64,000 nucleotides of DNA, from contig CAXXLF010000001.1 of NCBI GenBank assembly GCA_963664015.2, positions 896,001-960,000 of the forward strand. The letters run 5' to 3'. The notes under the pieces were generated by a model. It was not told where the DNA came from. It saw only the letters and a program-made list of their open reading frames with translations, and searched no databases. Each line of letters begins with the position of its first letter. Position 1 is the first letter of the stretch. Positions 41,159-51,578 of this stretch are shown in pieces. This DNA is from Candidatus Binatia bacterium (GTDB lineage: Bacteria; Desulfobacterota; Binatia; UBA9968; CAXXLF01). A program made the position numbers and the translations under genes.

Positions 41159-42441
41159 TGATTTGTTCGAAGGGGGAAGGTTGGCAGCTTACCCGCCAGT
41201 TCCGTTTCCACCTCATGGAGACTCACATCGACCTGCTCTTTACTATCCATATGCCGGAGGATCCCCTTCCCCTTGCTCAGTTCATCCTCGCCCACGATGA
41301 AGACGTATTGGGCCTTGAGCTTGTCGGCGTGTCGCATCTGGCTCTTGAGGCTCTTCTCCACCCCTCCCATCTCCACCGCGATTCCTCTGCGGCGCAAGAC
41401 ATGGGCAACGGGGAAGGCCCAGTCGCCAGCGGCCTTACCCATCCAGGCCAGATAGAGGCTCGGGCTGTTGAATCTACTTTCTTCTTTCATGCCTAACAAG
41501 AGTACCAGCCGCTCTACGCCGAGGGCGAAACCCACCCCGGCCACCGCTGGGCCCCCCAGGTCCTTGACCAGACCGTCATAGCGACCCCCCGCGGCCACCG
41601 CATTCTGAGACCCCAGGCGATCGGTCGTCCATTCGAAGGTCGTCCGCCCGTAGTAGTCCAGACCGCGAACCATCCTGGGATTGATCACATAAGGCACACG
41701 GGTTTCTTCCAGCAGCCGTTTCACCACGCCGAAGTGATACTGACAAGCCTGGCAGAAATAATCGATGGTGAAGGGCGCATTCTTGGTTGCCTGAACGCAG
41801 GACTGTTCTTTGCAGTCGAGGATGCGCAGAGGGTTGCGCTCGATACGGCGCCGGCAGTTCTCACACAGGTTCTCCTCCAGTGCCTTCAAGAAGGACAGGA
41901 GTTCCTTCCGATAACGGGGACGGCATTCGGTACAACCGAGGGAGTTCAACTGAAGCGTTAGCCCGTCCAGCTTCAAAGCAGCGAAGAAATCGTTCAGCAG
42001 CAAAAGCAGCTCTGCATCCGCCATCGGGTCCTTTCTTCCCAGAACCTCAGCCCCGATCTGATAGAACTGGCGGAACCTCCCTTTCTGGGGGCGCTCACGG
42101 CGAAACATGGGACCCAGATAGTAGAGCTTCTGCACCGGCTCCACCTGGGCGAGCCCCGCCTCGATATAGGCCCGAACCACCCCGGCAGTCCCTTCCGGTC
42201 TCAAGGTCAGCATGGAACCCTTGGCGTCCTGGTCGGCAAAGGTGTACATCTCCTTTTCCACGATATCCGTCGTCTCACCCAGCGACCGGCTGAACAACTC
42301 GGTCTTCTCGAGAATGGGGATCCGGATCTCGGAGAAGTTGTAGCGACCGAACACCTCCCGTGCTACCTGCTCGACAAACTGCCAGCTTTCGGTCTCGCCC
42401 GGTAGGAGATCGGAGAATCCTTTAATCCTTGTGATTTTCAT
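41155..42441 (-). CDS. hisS: Histidine--tRNA ligase
   Basis: [44 protein letters not shown]. Confidence 0.98.
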   Translation of the reverse strand: MKITRIKGFSDLLPGETESWQFVEQVAREVFGRYNFSEIRIPILEKTELFSRSLGETTDIVEKEMYTFADQDAKGSMLTLRPEGTAGVVRAYIEAGLAQVEPVQKLYYLGPMFRRERPQKGRFRQFYQIGAEVLGRKDPMADAELLLLLNDFFAALKLDGLTLQLNSLGCTECRPRYRKELLSFLKALEENLCENCRRRIERNPLRILDCKEQSCVQATKNAPFTIDYFCQACQYHFGVVKRLLEETRVPYVINPRMVRGLDYYGRTTFEWTTDRLGSQNAVAAGGRYDGLVKDLGGPAVAGVGFALGVERLVLLLGMKEESRFNSPSLYLAWMGKAAGDWAFPVAHVLRRRGIAVEMGGVEKSLKSQMRHADKLKAQYVFIVGEDELSKGKGILRHMDSKEQVDVSLHEVETELAGKLPTFPLRTNQ

Positions 42442-42462
42442 TGAAACGCAACCCGTCGGGTT

Positions 42463-42999
42463 TCACGCCCGGGGTAGATATGGGCTCCCACCTTGTCCTG
42501 CTCTTCCTGAGCACGCCAAGTCTAACAAAACAAAACAGCGATACCTAGGAGTAAATGAAACCTTCTCTGGTCCATGTCCGTAGTCTTTCGCTGTGGCAAA
42601 GCATTGGCCACTCGGATAATCGACGGGCACATGAGTATTGCGATAGAGAAGGTGTAGACCATGATAGAAGCGGGAACTCCACCAATCAACCACGAATTCA
42701 TAGGCGGTGCCCCCGCGCATAAACCTCCCGAGAATATCCATTGCAACCAAACCCAGCAGGAGATAAGCCGGCAACATAAGGATCGCGGCGATTACCCTCC
42801 GACGGACACCCCGATCGCATGAAAAGGGACTTATCAAGAGCCCGATCTGAAAGAGTGTTCCTAGCATGACGTCGAAGACAAAGCTGCCCAGCCCGGCAAA
42901 TTCTGGTTCAACTGTCGCAAAGTGGAACATCAGCATTCCCGCTCCCACCGAGAGGCCTGCGGCTACGAGAAGTACGCTGATGGTCCAAATTGCCCTCAT
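42463..42999 (-). CDS. Hypothetical membrane protein, possibly frameshifted near 42690
   Basis: Three hydrophobic segments; the hydrophobic pattern continues in the 42522..42746 frame (LIGGVPASIMVYTFSIAILM...LLLGIAVLFC). Confidence 0.45.
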   Translation of the reverse strand: MRAIWTISVLLVAAGLSVGAGMLMFHFATVEPEFAGLGSFVFDVMLGTLFQIGLLISPFSCDRGVRRRVIAAILMLPAYLLLGLVAMDILGRFMRGGTAYEFVVDWWSSRFYHGLHLLYRNTHVPVDYPSGQCFATAKDYGHGPEKVSFTPRYRCFVLLDLACSGRAGQGGSPYLPRA

Positions 43000-43147
43000 C
43001 GTTCTTCCATTGGGTCTAACTCAGCCTACTAAAATTGTTTCGGGCCAGAACATTCTTAGAAGGGAATTGCCCAAAAGACAACTTACCCCTGGAGAATGCA
43101 GAAACAAAATCCGTTAAAACCCAGCTACTTACCCCCTGGTGCCAGTC

Positions 43148-43163
43148 TGGCACTCCTTTTGCT
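43148..43163 (+). promoter_or_regulatory. Putative sigma54 (-24/-12) promoter
   Basis: TGGCACTCCTTTTGCT fits TGGCAC-N5-TTGCW with exact GG-N10-GC spacing, in an AT-rich intergenic stretch. Confidence 0.55.
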
Positions 43164-43710
43164 CAACCTCTTAGCAAATTAGCAAAACAATCTTACGAGT
43201 TTAACTATGATGAGAAACAGATCCGGCTTCAGCTCATACCACAACTACATCCAGGTGCTGACCATTTTTACCAGCGTCGGCATTCTCAACGCACTAGCCA
43301 TAATAATCCTCGTTGCGTCACAGGTTGCTGAAAACCTTTCCAGGTTGAGCTGGTCTTGTTCATCTTCATCGCTGGGAATACCTCCGTTAAGTCTTCTCGT
43401 GTAGGATTTGGAGTCTCCGTCTGGTTCGCTTATTGCGCTCGAACGAATAAGTCAGAACCGGCAGAGACTCGTGATCGAATTCCGGTGCTTTAATAAACCC
43501 TCGCTGAGTTGCCAAGAGATTGCGGCGCAGCTGAAGAAACCTATAATTTTGGTGATATTACACCAGCGATTATTTAGGCACAATTGGGAGCATGGCGGCC
43601 AAGAACGATACCGCAAATTGAAACTTAGAAAAATTTATTTAGACGCATCAGGCTGGATGACCTGATAACGAGAAGACTGATTCGTCCGGAGACTCGAGCA
43701 CTACCGATGC

Positions 43711-44100
43711 TTACTTCAAGACCGCGATGGCCTCGATTTCGATCAAGAACTCATCGCGCGCCAGCCCCTTAACTATAATCAGCGTGCTTGTAGGTGGGTC
43801 CTTAATCATGTACTGGCTTCGGACCTTGCGCTGCCCTTCCCGGTACTTTGCATCAGTAATGTAGACAGTGGTCTTGACGATGTCGTCCAGAGTTCCACCA
43901 GCCTCTTCAACGATAATCTTGATCTTTTCGAACACCTGCTTGGCCTGGGCTCCGATGTCCCCCAATCCCACCACGTTGCCGTCCTTATCCGAGGCCGTCT
44001 GACCGGCAATGAAAAGCAGTCTACCACCTTCCGTCATGATGGCTTGCGAATACCTGGGCCGGGGATCTTGCAGATTCTTGGGTTGAATGATTTTTTTCAT
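43711..44100 (-). CDS. RidA/YjgF family protein lacking the catalytic Arg (Rid4-7 type)
   Basis: YSQA, LFIAGQ, DIVKTTVY, PPTSTLI (PAR changed to PTS), LIEIEAIA; RBS GAGGAGGAGG before ATG 44100. Confidence 0.9.
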   Translation of the reverse strand: MKKIIQPKNLQDPRPRYSQAIMTEGGRLLFIAGQTASDKDGNVVGLGDIGAQAKQVFEKIKIIVEEAGGTLDDIVKTTVYITDAKYREGQRKVRSQYMIKDPPTSTLIIVKGLARDEFLIEIEAIAVLK

Positions 44101-44119
44101 TGTGGCCTCCTCCTCTGAG

Positions 44120-44794
44120 CTACCTGATCGTTTTGCGAATGCATGCCAGCCATGCATCGGGATCGAATCCGTGCGGACCCATGGCCCCCTGGTAAGCGAC
44201 GGCACCTGATTTGTCGATCAACACCAGGCGGTCAGGCAGCGCCGAGTATTTTTCCGCGGTGGCGTTGTCTATAGTATCCAGGAGAAGCGGTAGCTGGAAG
44301 TCCATCGCCTCGACAAAGGACCTGGCTACCCCGATCCGCTCATCGAAGGTCTTGGGCTGGAGAAAGCAGATACCGGCATCGACGTTATGCTGCGACACCC
44401 TTCCGTCCGTAGGGTGGGCCTCGGAAACGTAGATCCCCAGAAACGTGACTCTGTCTTTGTACTCGCTGTAAATCTCATTCAGGCGCGCGACCCGCGCCCG
44501 AAACGGCCCTCACGTGTAAGAGCCGAATGCCAAAGCGACCGGTTTACCGCGCAGAGATGACAAGCGTATGGATCTATGGCTTCCATCGCCGTTGGGCGGC
44601 AAGAACTCGAGTTCGAAGTCAGGAGCCATGGCGCCAACCGGCGCGATCCGGCTCTCTCGTTTGAGCTTCAAGGCCTGGAGACGGTCGAATTCTTCGCGGG
44701 AGATATTCCACTCCTTTAGCTTGGCTTCAATCTCCTGTTCCGAACGTGCTGGTGGGTCCTGGACTCGTGCCCCAGTTTGCGTTACCATAATCAA
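44120..44794 (-). CDS. Iodothyronine deiodinase-like selenoprotein (224 aa, Sec at TGA 44510-44512)
   Basis: Track ORFs 44510..44794 and 44120..44398 are one frame joined by 37 sense codons: APDF...KPVALAFGSYT-U-GPFRARVARLNEIYSEYKDRVTFLGIYVSEAHPTDG...YSALPDRL...GAMGPHGF; SECIS-like hairpin follows. Confidence 0.88.
44478..44502 (-). promoter_or_regulatory. Bacterial SECIS-like element
   Basis: 7 nt after TGA: 10-bp stem TTCGGGCGCG/CGCGCCTGAA (one G-U pair) with loop GGTCG; first loop G is 18 nt after the UGA. Confidence 0.8.
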
Positions 44795-44940
44795 CTTCCT
44801 CCGTTCTTTGACTTATCCACACCAATGCGTCCCAGATCAGGATACCCATATCACAAGGGGAACTACCGTCAAGGGACCTATTCATGGTCAGAAAGTCCCG
44901 ATACGGCTTTAGCAGGAAAGTCTTTTCTAGGGTTCAACCG

Positions 44941-44949
44941 TGCTACAAT
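44941..44949 (+). promoter_or_regulatory. Extended -10 promoter for the cupin gene
   Basis: TGcTACAAT about 42 nt upstream of GTG 44992. Confidence 0.45.
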
Positions 44950-44991
44950 CATTTCAATATCAACAACGGCGGGCAAAATAATGAGGAACCT

Positions 44992-45309
44992 GTGAAATTC
45001 GTAAGACTCTATAGTGGTACGGATGGGCAGTCCCACTTCGAAGATCTGAACCCTGCTCAATTTGCCGAATTACAACCGGCCGAGGGTGTCATTTTCAGAG
45101 ATATCGCACCGGACCAAAATAGCGAATGGCACAACGCACCCCGTCGTCGGTTTCTGATTACCCTTTCCGGTTCGTTGGATGTGACCGTTGGAGACGGCAA
45201 TGCTATGAATTTTGGACCCGGTGACGTTTTCCTAGCCGATAATCTCACCGGCCAAGAACATACGATCCATCCGAAAGACAACTGGACACGAGCGATTATT
45301 GAACTCTAG
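44992..45309 (+). CDS. Small cupin-domain protein
   Basis: RLYSGTDGQSHFED, WHNAPRRRFLITLSG, FGPGDVFLADNLTGQEH; GAGGA RBS before GTG 44992. Confidence 0.82.
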   Translation: MKFVRLYSGTDGQSHFEDLNPAQFAELQPAEGVIFRDIAPDQNSEWHNAPRRRFLITLSGSLDVTVGDGNAMNFGPGDVFLADNLTGQEHTIHPKDNWTRAIIEL

Positions 45310-47555
45310 CAACATGGTTGAGTTCACCCATTATCCCGCTTAGATGGGTCCAGTAAGCTAACCTTTTCCCATCGGCCTCGACTGTGATCGCGCCGTCACG
45401 ATCGGTGCGGAGGGTTTTTACCCCACCCTTCTCATATCGGGCGACGACACTGGAGTTAGGTAAGCCGAACCGACTCCTCCCAGCGACGGAAAATATGGCG
45501 AGCTTCGGTTGCACCGCGGCCACAAAGGCATCGCTACTGGAGCTCTTGCTGCCGTGCCGAGGAACCTTCAAGACCTGGCTGGACAAATCTCTTTCCAAGT
45601 CGACCAGTCTCCGCTCCCCCCTTTTCTGGATATCCCCGGGGAACAAGAAGTGAAATCCTCCCATGCTCAATCGAAGGATAACCGAAGTTTCCCTCTCCTC
45701 CTCTGTGGGCGGATACAGAATGCAGAGCCGTGCGTAACCGATGGCACGGCACCTTTTTTCACGGCCTAAAATCACTCGTTTAATATTCAAATCCGAAATG
45801 GTTCTTTCCAATTCATCATACCGCAAAGAATTGGCCCGGAAATAACTCGGCCAGAATGATCCGGGTGAGAATTCCTTGAGAACGCTTTGCATCCCTCCGT
45901 AGTGATCTACCCTGGGATGGCTGACCAGGACGTAATCCAGATTTGCGATCCTCCTGGACCGAAGGAAAGGGGCGATAATCGACCTGCCCGGATCGAAACG
46001 GCCAAAGCCGCTTCCCCCGGAATCGATCAATAAGACTTTGGAGCCGGGAAACTCGACGACCGCCGCACCTCCTTGCCCCACGCTAAGGTAGGTGATGCGA
46101 AGATCTTGTCGACTCCACCTCTCCCGCCACCAGTAGGCACCGTCCAACACAACTGCAGTCAGCACGCAGGTCAGGAGCAGATAGAGTTGTCTTCGCTGCC
46201 GCAATACCAGGAGACCGCAGAAGGCGAGATAGACAAGTCCCAACTCGATTAGCCCCGGCGGCGGCACCCGAATGCTTCCCATGGGCATCTCGGCAAAGAA
46301 ATCAACCAGGAACAATGTCAATTACAAAAGCGGTTTGACGAGCCAGACCAGGGGGAGTGCGAGGACTGTCGCAAATAAACTAAGGAAGCCGAGGAGAAGC
46401 CCTAACGGGACCAAAAGAAACCCCACCAGGGGCACCAGGACCGGATTGGCCAGGAATCCTGCCAGAGACAACCGGCCATACCAGGCCAACGATCAAAGCG
46501 GCAAGAGCGAGGCTTGAGTAGAACTCCTCCTCCCTATCCAGCAGCACTGCCAACCCATAGACAGCCACCATGATCGTGGCACGGATGGTCGGTATCCTCC
46601 CCCCCCCCGACAGACCCGTATAGAACAGAACCGCCAGGAACGAGAACACGGTGGCAACCTTTCACAGGTTCCATCGCAGCATCAGGGTGGTACTGAACGA
46701 GCCCAGGGTGCGCGCCATAAGAAAGGCGGCCAGGCCCAGCATGCCCACGTGAAGCCCAGAGATCGACAGGAGGTGGGCCACGCCAGAATTGGTAAACCGC
46801 TCGCGGTCTTCCCTGGGAAGGCCCTCCCGGTCACCTATCACAAGGGTCTTCAACACCGCACCCTCACGGCCGGGGAGATAAGCGTCGACACTGCGCAGGA
46901 TCTGTAACCAAAACCACAGTCCACCGGCTTCTCGATGAAGCAACTCCACTGAAGCATCGGTCTCGAGGAATCCAGTCAGGTAGATTCCCCGCCGGGCCAA
47001 ATAGGCCTGATAATCGAATCCCCCTGGGTTAGCGGCTGGACGTGGGGGCCTAACCCGCACACGGAAAAGCACCCGGTCTCCGTAAAACCAATCCTGTTGG
47101 CTCGCCCTAACAGTTACGAGCACCTTACTGGTCGTCTCCTCGGCACCCAGCGGACGCCAGATTCGTCCCACTCGCAGATACCACCGGCTCCGATTCGGAA
47201 GCCGCTCCGGCTCACGGTAAAAAACACCTTCCACATAGAGGGGCTTGCTCCCGTCCGTTAGCTGGGTCAGGTGCTGCTCTGGGGAATCAGGCCGGAGCAA
47301 GCCCGCATGCATGGAGAAGCCAATCCAGAAGGTCACACTAGAAAATAGTATGAGCAGGGACAAGCGCCGCTGGCGCCGCCAGCCTTGAAGGCCGGCGTAA
47401 ACGAGTACCGGGATCACGATAAGAAATATCCAAAGGTGGTGAAGAGAAAAGAGTGCCTGGCCCAGAAGCAGGGACAGCGTGGGGACAACCAGTAGGGCCG
47501 CTGGGTATCTTTGCAGAAAGTCCTTCCCAGTAGAACCGTGGGGAGGTGGGTCCAT
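45296..47555 (-). pseudogene. comEC: ComEC/Rec2 DNA-uptake protein pseudogene
   Basis: NPGGFDY, GVAHLLSISGLHV, SVGQG, SHPRVDHYGG, KVPRHGS, RTDRDGAI; broken by TGA 46662-46664, a deletion/frameshift near 46472 and TAA 46322-46324. Confidence 0.88.
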
Positions 47556-47559
47556 GGCT

Positions 47560-49413
47560 TCAGTCGCTTTCCGAGTCCGATCTCAAAGAGTCGAGAATTT
47601 CCCGAGCCGTCTTGTCGTTGATCGATGGGACCTTGAGAAGATCTTCCATCGTAGCCTCTTCGATTCGCTTGGTGCTGCCCAGGGTCCGCAGCAGTGCCCG
47701 CTTGCGCACCCCTCCTATGCCCGGTATCCGGTCCAGAACCGACTCCAGGATTTGTTTGGATCTCAGTTTCTTATGGTGCGTAATGGCAAACCTGTGTGCC
47801 TCGTCACGGACTCGCTGCAACAGGAATAAGACGTTGGAGTTGCGGTTCAGGACGATGGGGTTGGACTGGCCAGGCCGAAAGACCCTCTCCTCGATGCGTT
47901 GGATCTCCGGGCTTCTAGGTGCGGCTTGAACCCGCATCTTTGCCAGTGCTACTACGTCCACCTCCTTCACTCCCAGATCCGCCATTGCTGTGAGGGCCAT
48001 TCCAAGTTGTCCTCTGCCCCCATCGACGACTACCAGATCCGGTAGATCGCCATGTTCCATCCCCCTGCGAAAGCGGCGTTCCAGCACCTCGTGCATCATG
48101 GCGAAGTCATCGCCGCCAGTGACCGACTGGGGCGTACGAATCCGATAATGCCGGTAGCGTTTCTTGTCTGGCTCGCCGTCAAAGAACGTGACCTGAGAAC
48201 CCACGGCCTGTTTGCCCGAAATGTTGGACATATCATAGCACTCGATCCTCTGGGGATAGTTTTTGAGGCGTAGCTTGCGTTGCAGCTCGACCAGCATCTT
48301 TTCCCGTTCTTTCTCCTGATTGTGCCTTTCGAAAAAGCTCTGACGGGCGTTCTGTACGGCCATCTCGACCAGCTGCCTTCGGTCTCCCCGCCGGGGGTGC
48401 AGGAAAACAACACGCTTGCCCCTCCGCTCGCTGAGATAATCTTCCCGCACCGCTTTATCACTCAAACCGACCGGTAGCAGGACCTCATCGGGGACAAAAC
48501 GCTCCCCCTGATAGAACTGGGTCAGTAGGGACTCCATCACGTCCTCGTCGGAGAATTCCAGATCCTCAAAGAAATAGGCCTGGTTTCCCGTAAGCTTTCC
48601 CTGCCGGACAAACAGGACCTGGACCTCGATAAACCCACCCTCCCGGTAAAGCCCCAAGATGTCCTGGTCTGCCCCCCAATGGGAGACCATGTGCTGCTTT
48701 TCCAGGGTCTTTTCCACCGCCTGGATCTGGTCCCGGATTTTGGCCGCCGCCTCGAATTCCAGGGTCTCCGCCTTCCCTTCCATCTTCCCCTTTAGTTCAT
48801 CGAGCAAGACGTCACTCTTCCCTTCGATGAAGAGCATGGCCTGCTTGAGGTGTTCTTCATACTCATCCCGGTTCACGGGCAAGATACAGGGGGCAAGGCA
48901 ACGCCGAATCTGATACTGAAGACACGGCCGGGCTCGGTTCTTGAAGTTATGGTCCGTACAGGTACGCAGCAAAAAGTGCTTTTCGATAATATCGATGGTT
49001 TCCCGCGCGGCAAAGGCCGAGGAATAAGGCCCGAAATAACGGCTTCCGTCCTTAACAATCTTACGGGTCGCCAGGATTCTGGGCCAGGAATGGGGCATGG
49101 TCACTTTGATACTGATATAGCTCTTGTCGTCCTTCAGGCGAATGTTGTAGCGCGGCTTGTACTGTTTGATCAGATTGTTTTCAAGGATCAGTGCCTCTTT
49201 CTCATTAGCGGTGACCAGGGTCTCCAGGTCCCCCACCCGCCGCATGAGGAAATCGATCTGCAAACGCCCGTCTCCACCTCGAAAGTAGCCACGCACGCGG
49301 CTTCTAAGCCCCTTGGCCTTACCTACGTAAATCACCTTACCGCCCTTGTCCTTCAGGAGGTAGACGCCGGGCTTGGACGGCAGGCTATCGAGTTTTTCCT
49401 CAATGGTAGGCAC
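47560..49413 (-). CDS. uvrC: Excinuclease ABC subunit C
   Basis: PGVY, YVGKAK, KPRYN, RIECYDMSN, DGGRGQ, RDEAHRFAI, HhH. Confidence 0.97.
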   Translation of the reverse strand: MPTIEEKLDSLPSKPGVYLLKDKGGKVIYVGKAKGLRSRVRGYFRGGDGRLQIDFLMRRVGDLETLVTANEKEALILENNLIKQYKPRYNIRLKDDKSYISIKVTMPHSWPRILATRKIVKDGSRYFGPYSSAFAARETIDIIEKHFLLRTCTDHNFKNRARPCLQYQIRRCLAPCILPVNRDEYEEHLKQAMLFIEGKSDVLLDELKGKMEGKAETLEFEAAAKIRDQIQAVEKTLEKQHMVSHWGADQDILGLYREGGFIEVQVLFVRQGKLTGNQAYFFEDLEFSDEDVMESLLTQFYQGERFVPDEVLLPVGLSDKAVREDYLSERRGKRVVFLHPRRGDRRQLVEMAVQNARQSFFERHNQEKEREKMLVELQRKLRLKNYPQRIECYDMSNISGKQAVGSQVTFFDGEPDKKRYRHYRIRTPQSVTGGDDFAMMHEVLERRFRRGMEHGDLPDLVVVDGGRGQLGMALTAMADLGVKEVDVVALAKMRVQAAPRSPEIQRIEERVFRPGQSNPIVLNRNSNVLFLLQRVRDEAHRFAITHHKKLRSKQILESVLDRIPGIGGVRKRALLRTLGSTKRIEEATMEDLLKVPSINDKTAREILDSLRSDSESD

Positions 49414-49428
49414 GACTGATCGCCGAGA

Positions 49429-51471
49429 TTATCCCTCGGACCCTCGCGCGGTAAGCGGATCGGCCAAACCGATCTCACGCTCTTGCAGCTTCTGAATCTT
49501 ATCCCGAATTTCCGCAGCTTTTTCAAAATCCAGACTGGCGGCGGCCCGCTTCATCTCCTTTTTGAGACGGTCAACCATGCGGGGGATATCCTCGACGGGA
49601 AGGTGATTCTCGCCCTTTTCTGCGGCCACCGGGACCGTGATATAATCGGCCTCGTAGATCTGAACCAGCGGGCTTCCTAGGGACTTGACCACCGTTTTCG
49701 GGGTGATCTTGTGCTCCTTGTTGAAGGCCGCTTGACGCTGGCGACGACCGTTGGTCACGTCGATGGCCTGTTTCATCGACTTGGTCATAGAATCCGCATA
49801 GAGAATCACGGTACCATTGACGTGGCGAGACGCGCGACCGATGGTCTGGACCAGCGACCGTTCCGAACGCAGAAAGCCCTCCTTGTCCGCATCCAAAATC
49901 GCCACGAATGACACCTCCGGCAAATCCAAACCCTCTCGCAAGAGGTTGATACCGATCAATACATCGAAGACACCCTTTCTCAGGTCGCGAAGGATCTCGA
50001 CTCGCTCGAGAGTCTCGATATCCGAGTGGAGATAGCGCACCTTCACGTTCAGGTCCTGATAGTAGTCGGTCAGATCCTCGGCCATGCGTTTGGTGAGCGT
50101 GGTGACCAGAACCCGCTCGTTTTTTTCCGTCCGCTTGCGGATCTCCTCCAGGAGATTGTCCACCTGGGTCCGGGCCGGGCGGACCGTCACCTCCGGGTCC
50201 ATGAGCCCCGTAGGACGAATGACCTGCTCCACAACGACCCCGTGGCTCATCTCTATCTCGTACTGTGTCGGGGTAGCGGAGACGTAGACTACCTGTTTCA
50301 CCAGCGTGTCGAACTCTTCAAAGTTGAGCGGCCGGTTGTCCAGAGCGGATGGGAGCCGGAACCCGAATTCCACCAGGGTTCCCTTTCGCGAACGGTCGCC
50401 CCGGTACATCCCGCCAATCTGCGGCACCGTCACGTGGCTCTCGTCAATAAATAAAAGGAAATCATCGGGGAAGTAGTTCAGAAGCGTCGGTGGCGGTTCC
50501 CCTGGCTTGCGGCCGGTAAGATGACGCGAGTAGTTCTCGATCCCCGGGCAGAACCCCATCTCCGCCAGCAACTCCAGATCGTAGCGAGTCCGCTGCTCCA
50601 ATCTCTGAGCTTCCAGGAGTTTCTCCTCGGCCAGGAGCTCTTCCAGCCGCTCCTTTAATTCCACTTTGATTGCCGCAACTGCCTTCTTGACACGACCATC
50701 GCTGGTCACGTAGTGGCTCGCAGGATAGATAGCAAACTTATCGACCCGCCGCTGGACACTGCCGCGAATCGGATCAAATTCAACGAGGGACTCGATCCTG
50801 TCATCGAAAAATTCGATGCGGACCGAGGACCTATCCTCGTACGCGGGGAAGATCTCCACCATATCGCCGCGAACCCGGAATGTGCCGCGATGGAAGTCGT
50901 AGTCGTTGCGCTGGTACTGGATATCCACCAGTTTTCTGAGCACCTGGTCTCGGTCTATCCGCATCCCCACCTCCAGGTACACCATCATCTCGAAATAGTC
51001 CTCGGGAGAGCCGAGGCCATAGATGCAGGAAACGCTGGCGACGATCAATACGTCCTGCCGCTCGAGCAACGCCATGGTCGCCGCGTGGCGCAGCTTATCG
51101 ATTTCGTCGTTGATGGAGGCGTCCTTCTCGATGAAGGTGTCGGTGGAGGGGACGTAGGCCTCCGGTTGGTAGTAGTCGTAGTAACTGACGAAGTAACGCA
51201 CCGCGTTGTGCGGGAACAGTTCCTTGAACTCGTTATAGAGCTGAGCGGCCAGCGTCTTATTAGGCGCGATGACCAGGGCCGGCTTGTTCACCTTGGCAAC
51301 GACGTTGGCCATGGTAAAGGTTTTGCCCGACCCCGTAACCCCTAACAACACTTGACGGGGCAGCCCCTTTTTAGTCCCCTGGACCAGTTTTTCGATGGCC
51401 TGCGGCTGATCCCCCTTGGGCTTGAATCCGGTGACCAGGCGAAACTGCCCCTCTCTTCTCTGTCGTTCCAT
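49429..51471 (-). CDS. uvrB: Excinuclease ABC subunit B
   Basis: [45 protein letters not shown] domain. Confidence 0.98.
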   Translation of the reverse strand: MERQRREGQFRLVTGFKPKGDQPQAIEKLVQGTKKGLPRQVLLGVTGSGKTFTMANVVAKVNKPALVIAPNKTLAAQLYNEFKELFPHNAVRYFVSYYDYYQPEAYVPSTDTFIEKDASINDEIDKLRHAATMALLERQDVLIVASVSCIYGLGSPEDYFEMMVYLEVGMRIDRDQVLRKLVDIQYQRNDYDFHRGTFRVRGDMVEIFPAYEDRSSVRIEFFDDRIESLVEFDPIRGSVQRRVDKFAIYPASHYVTSDGRVKKAVAAIKVELKERLEELLAEEKLLEAQRLEQRTRYDLELLAEMGFCPGIENYSRHLTGRKPGEPPPTLLNYFPDDFLLFIDESHVTVPQIGGMYRGDRSRKGTLVEFGFRLPSALDNRPLNFEEFDTLVKQVVYVSATPTQYEIEMSHGVVVEQVIRPTGLMDPEVTVRPARTQVDNLLEEIRKRTEKNERVLVTTLTKRMAEDLTDYYQDLNVKVRYLHSDIETLERVEILRDLRKGVFDVLIGINLLREGLDLPEVSFVAILDADKEGFLRSERSLVQTIGRASRHVNGTVILYADSMTKSMKQAIDVTNGRRQRQAAFNKEHKITPKTVVKSLGSPLVQIYEADYITVPVAAEKGENHLPVEDIPRMVDRLKKEMKRAAASLDFEKAAEIRDKIQKLQEREIGLADPLTARGSEG

Positions 51472-51578
51472 TAAAAAAAACTATCAGGGAAGCCGAGACC
51501 GAGCAACCGGTAATTTTTCTAGGGCTATGATCAGGGAGGGCCGTATCGTCCCGAATCGGACTATTAGGACTATTCGCA

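Noticed and set aside
43408-43665. 85-aa ORF in the AT-rich patch
   Set aside because: TTG start, no clear RBS and no recognisable motif.
46599-46608. G10 tract in comEC as a phase-variation switch
   Set aside because: Currently in frame, and changing its length could not repair the other lesions.
46662-46664. In-frame TGA in comEC, considered as a second Sec or read-through site
   Set aside because: No Cys-type redox context, no SECIS-like hairpin seen, and the gene has further frameshift and TAA lesions.
50713-51345. 210-aa plus-strand ORF
   Set aside because: Antisense shadow of uvrB.
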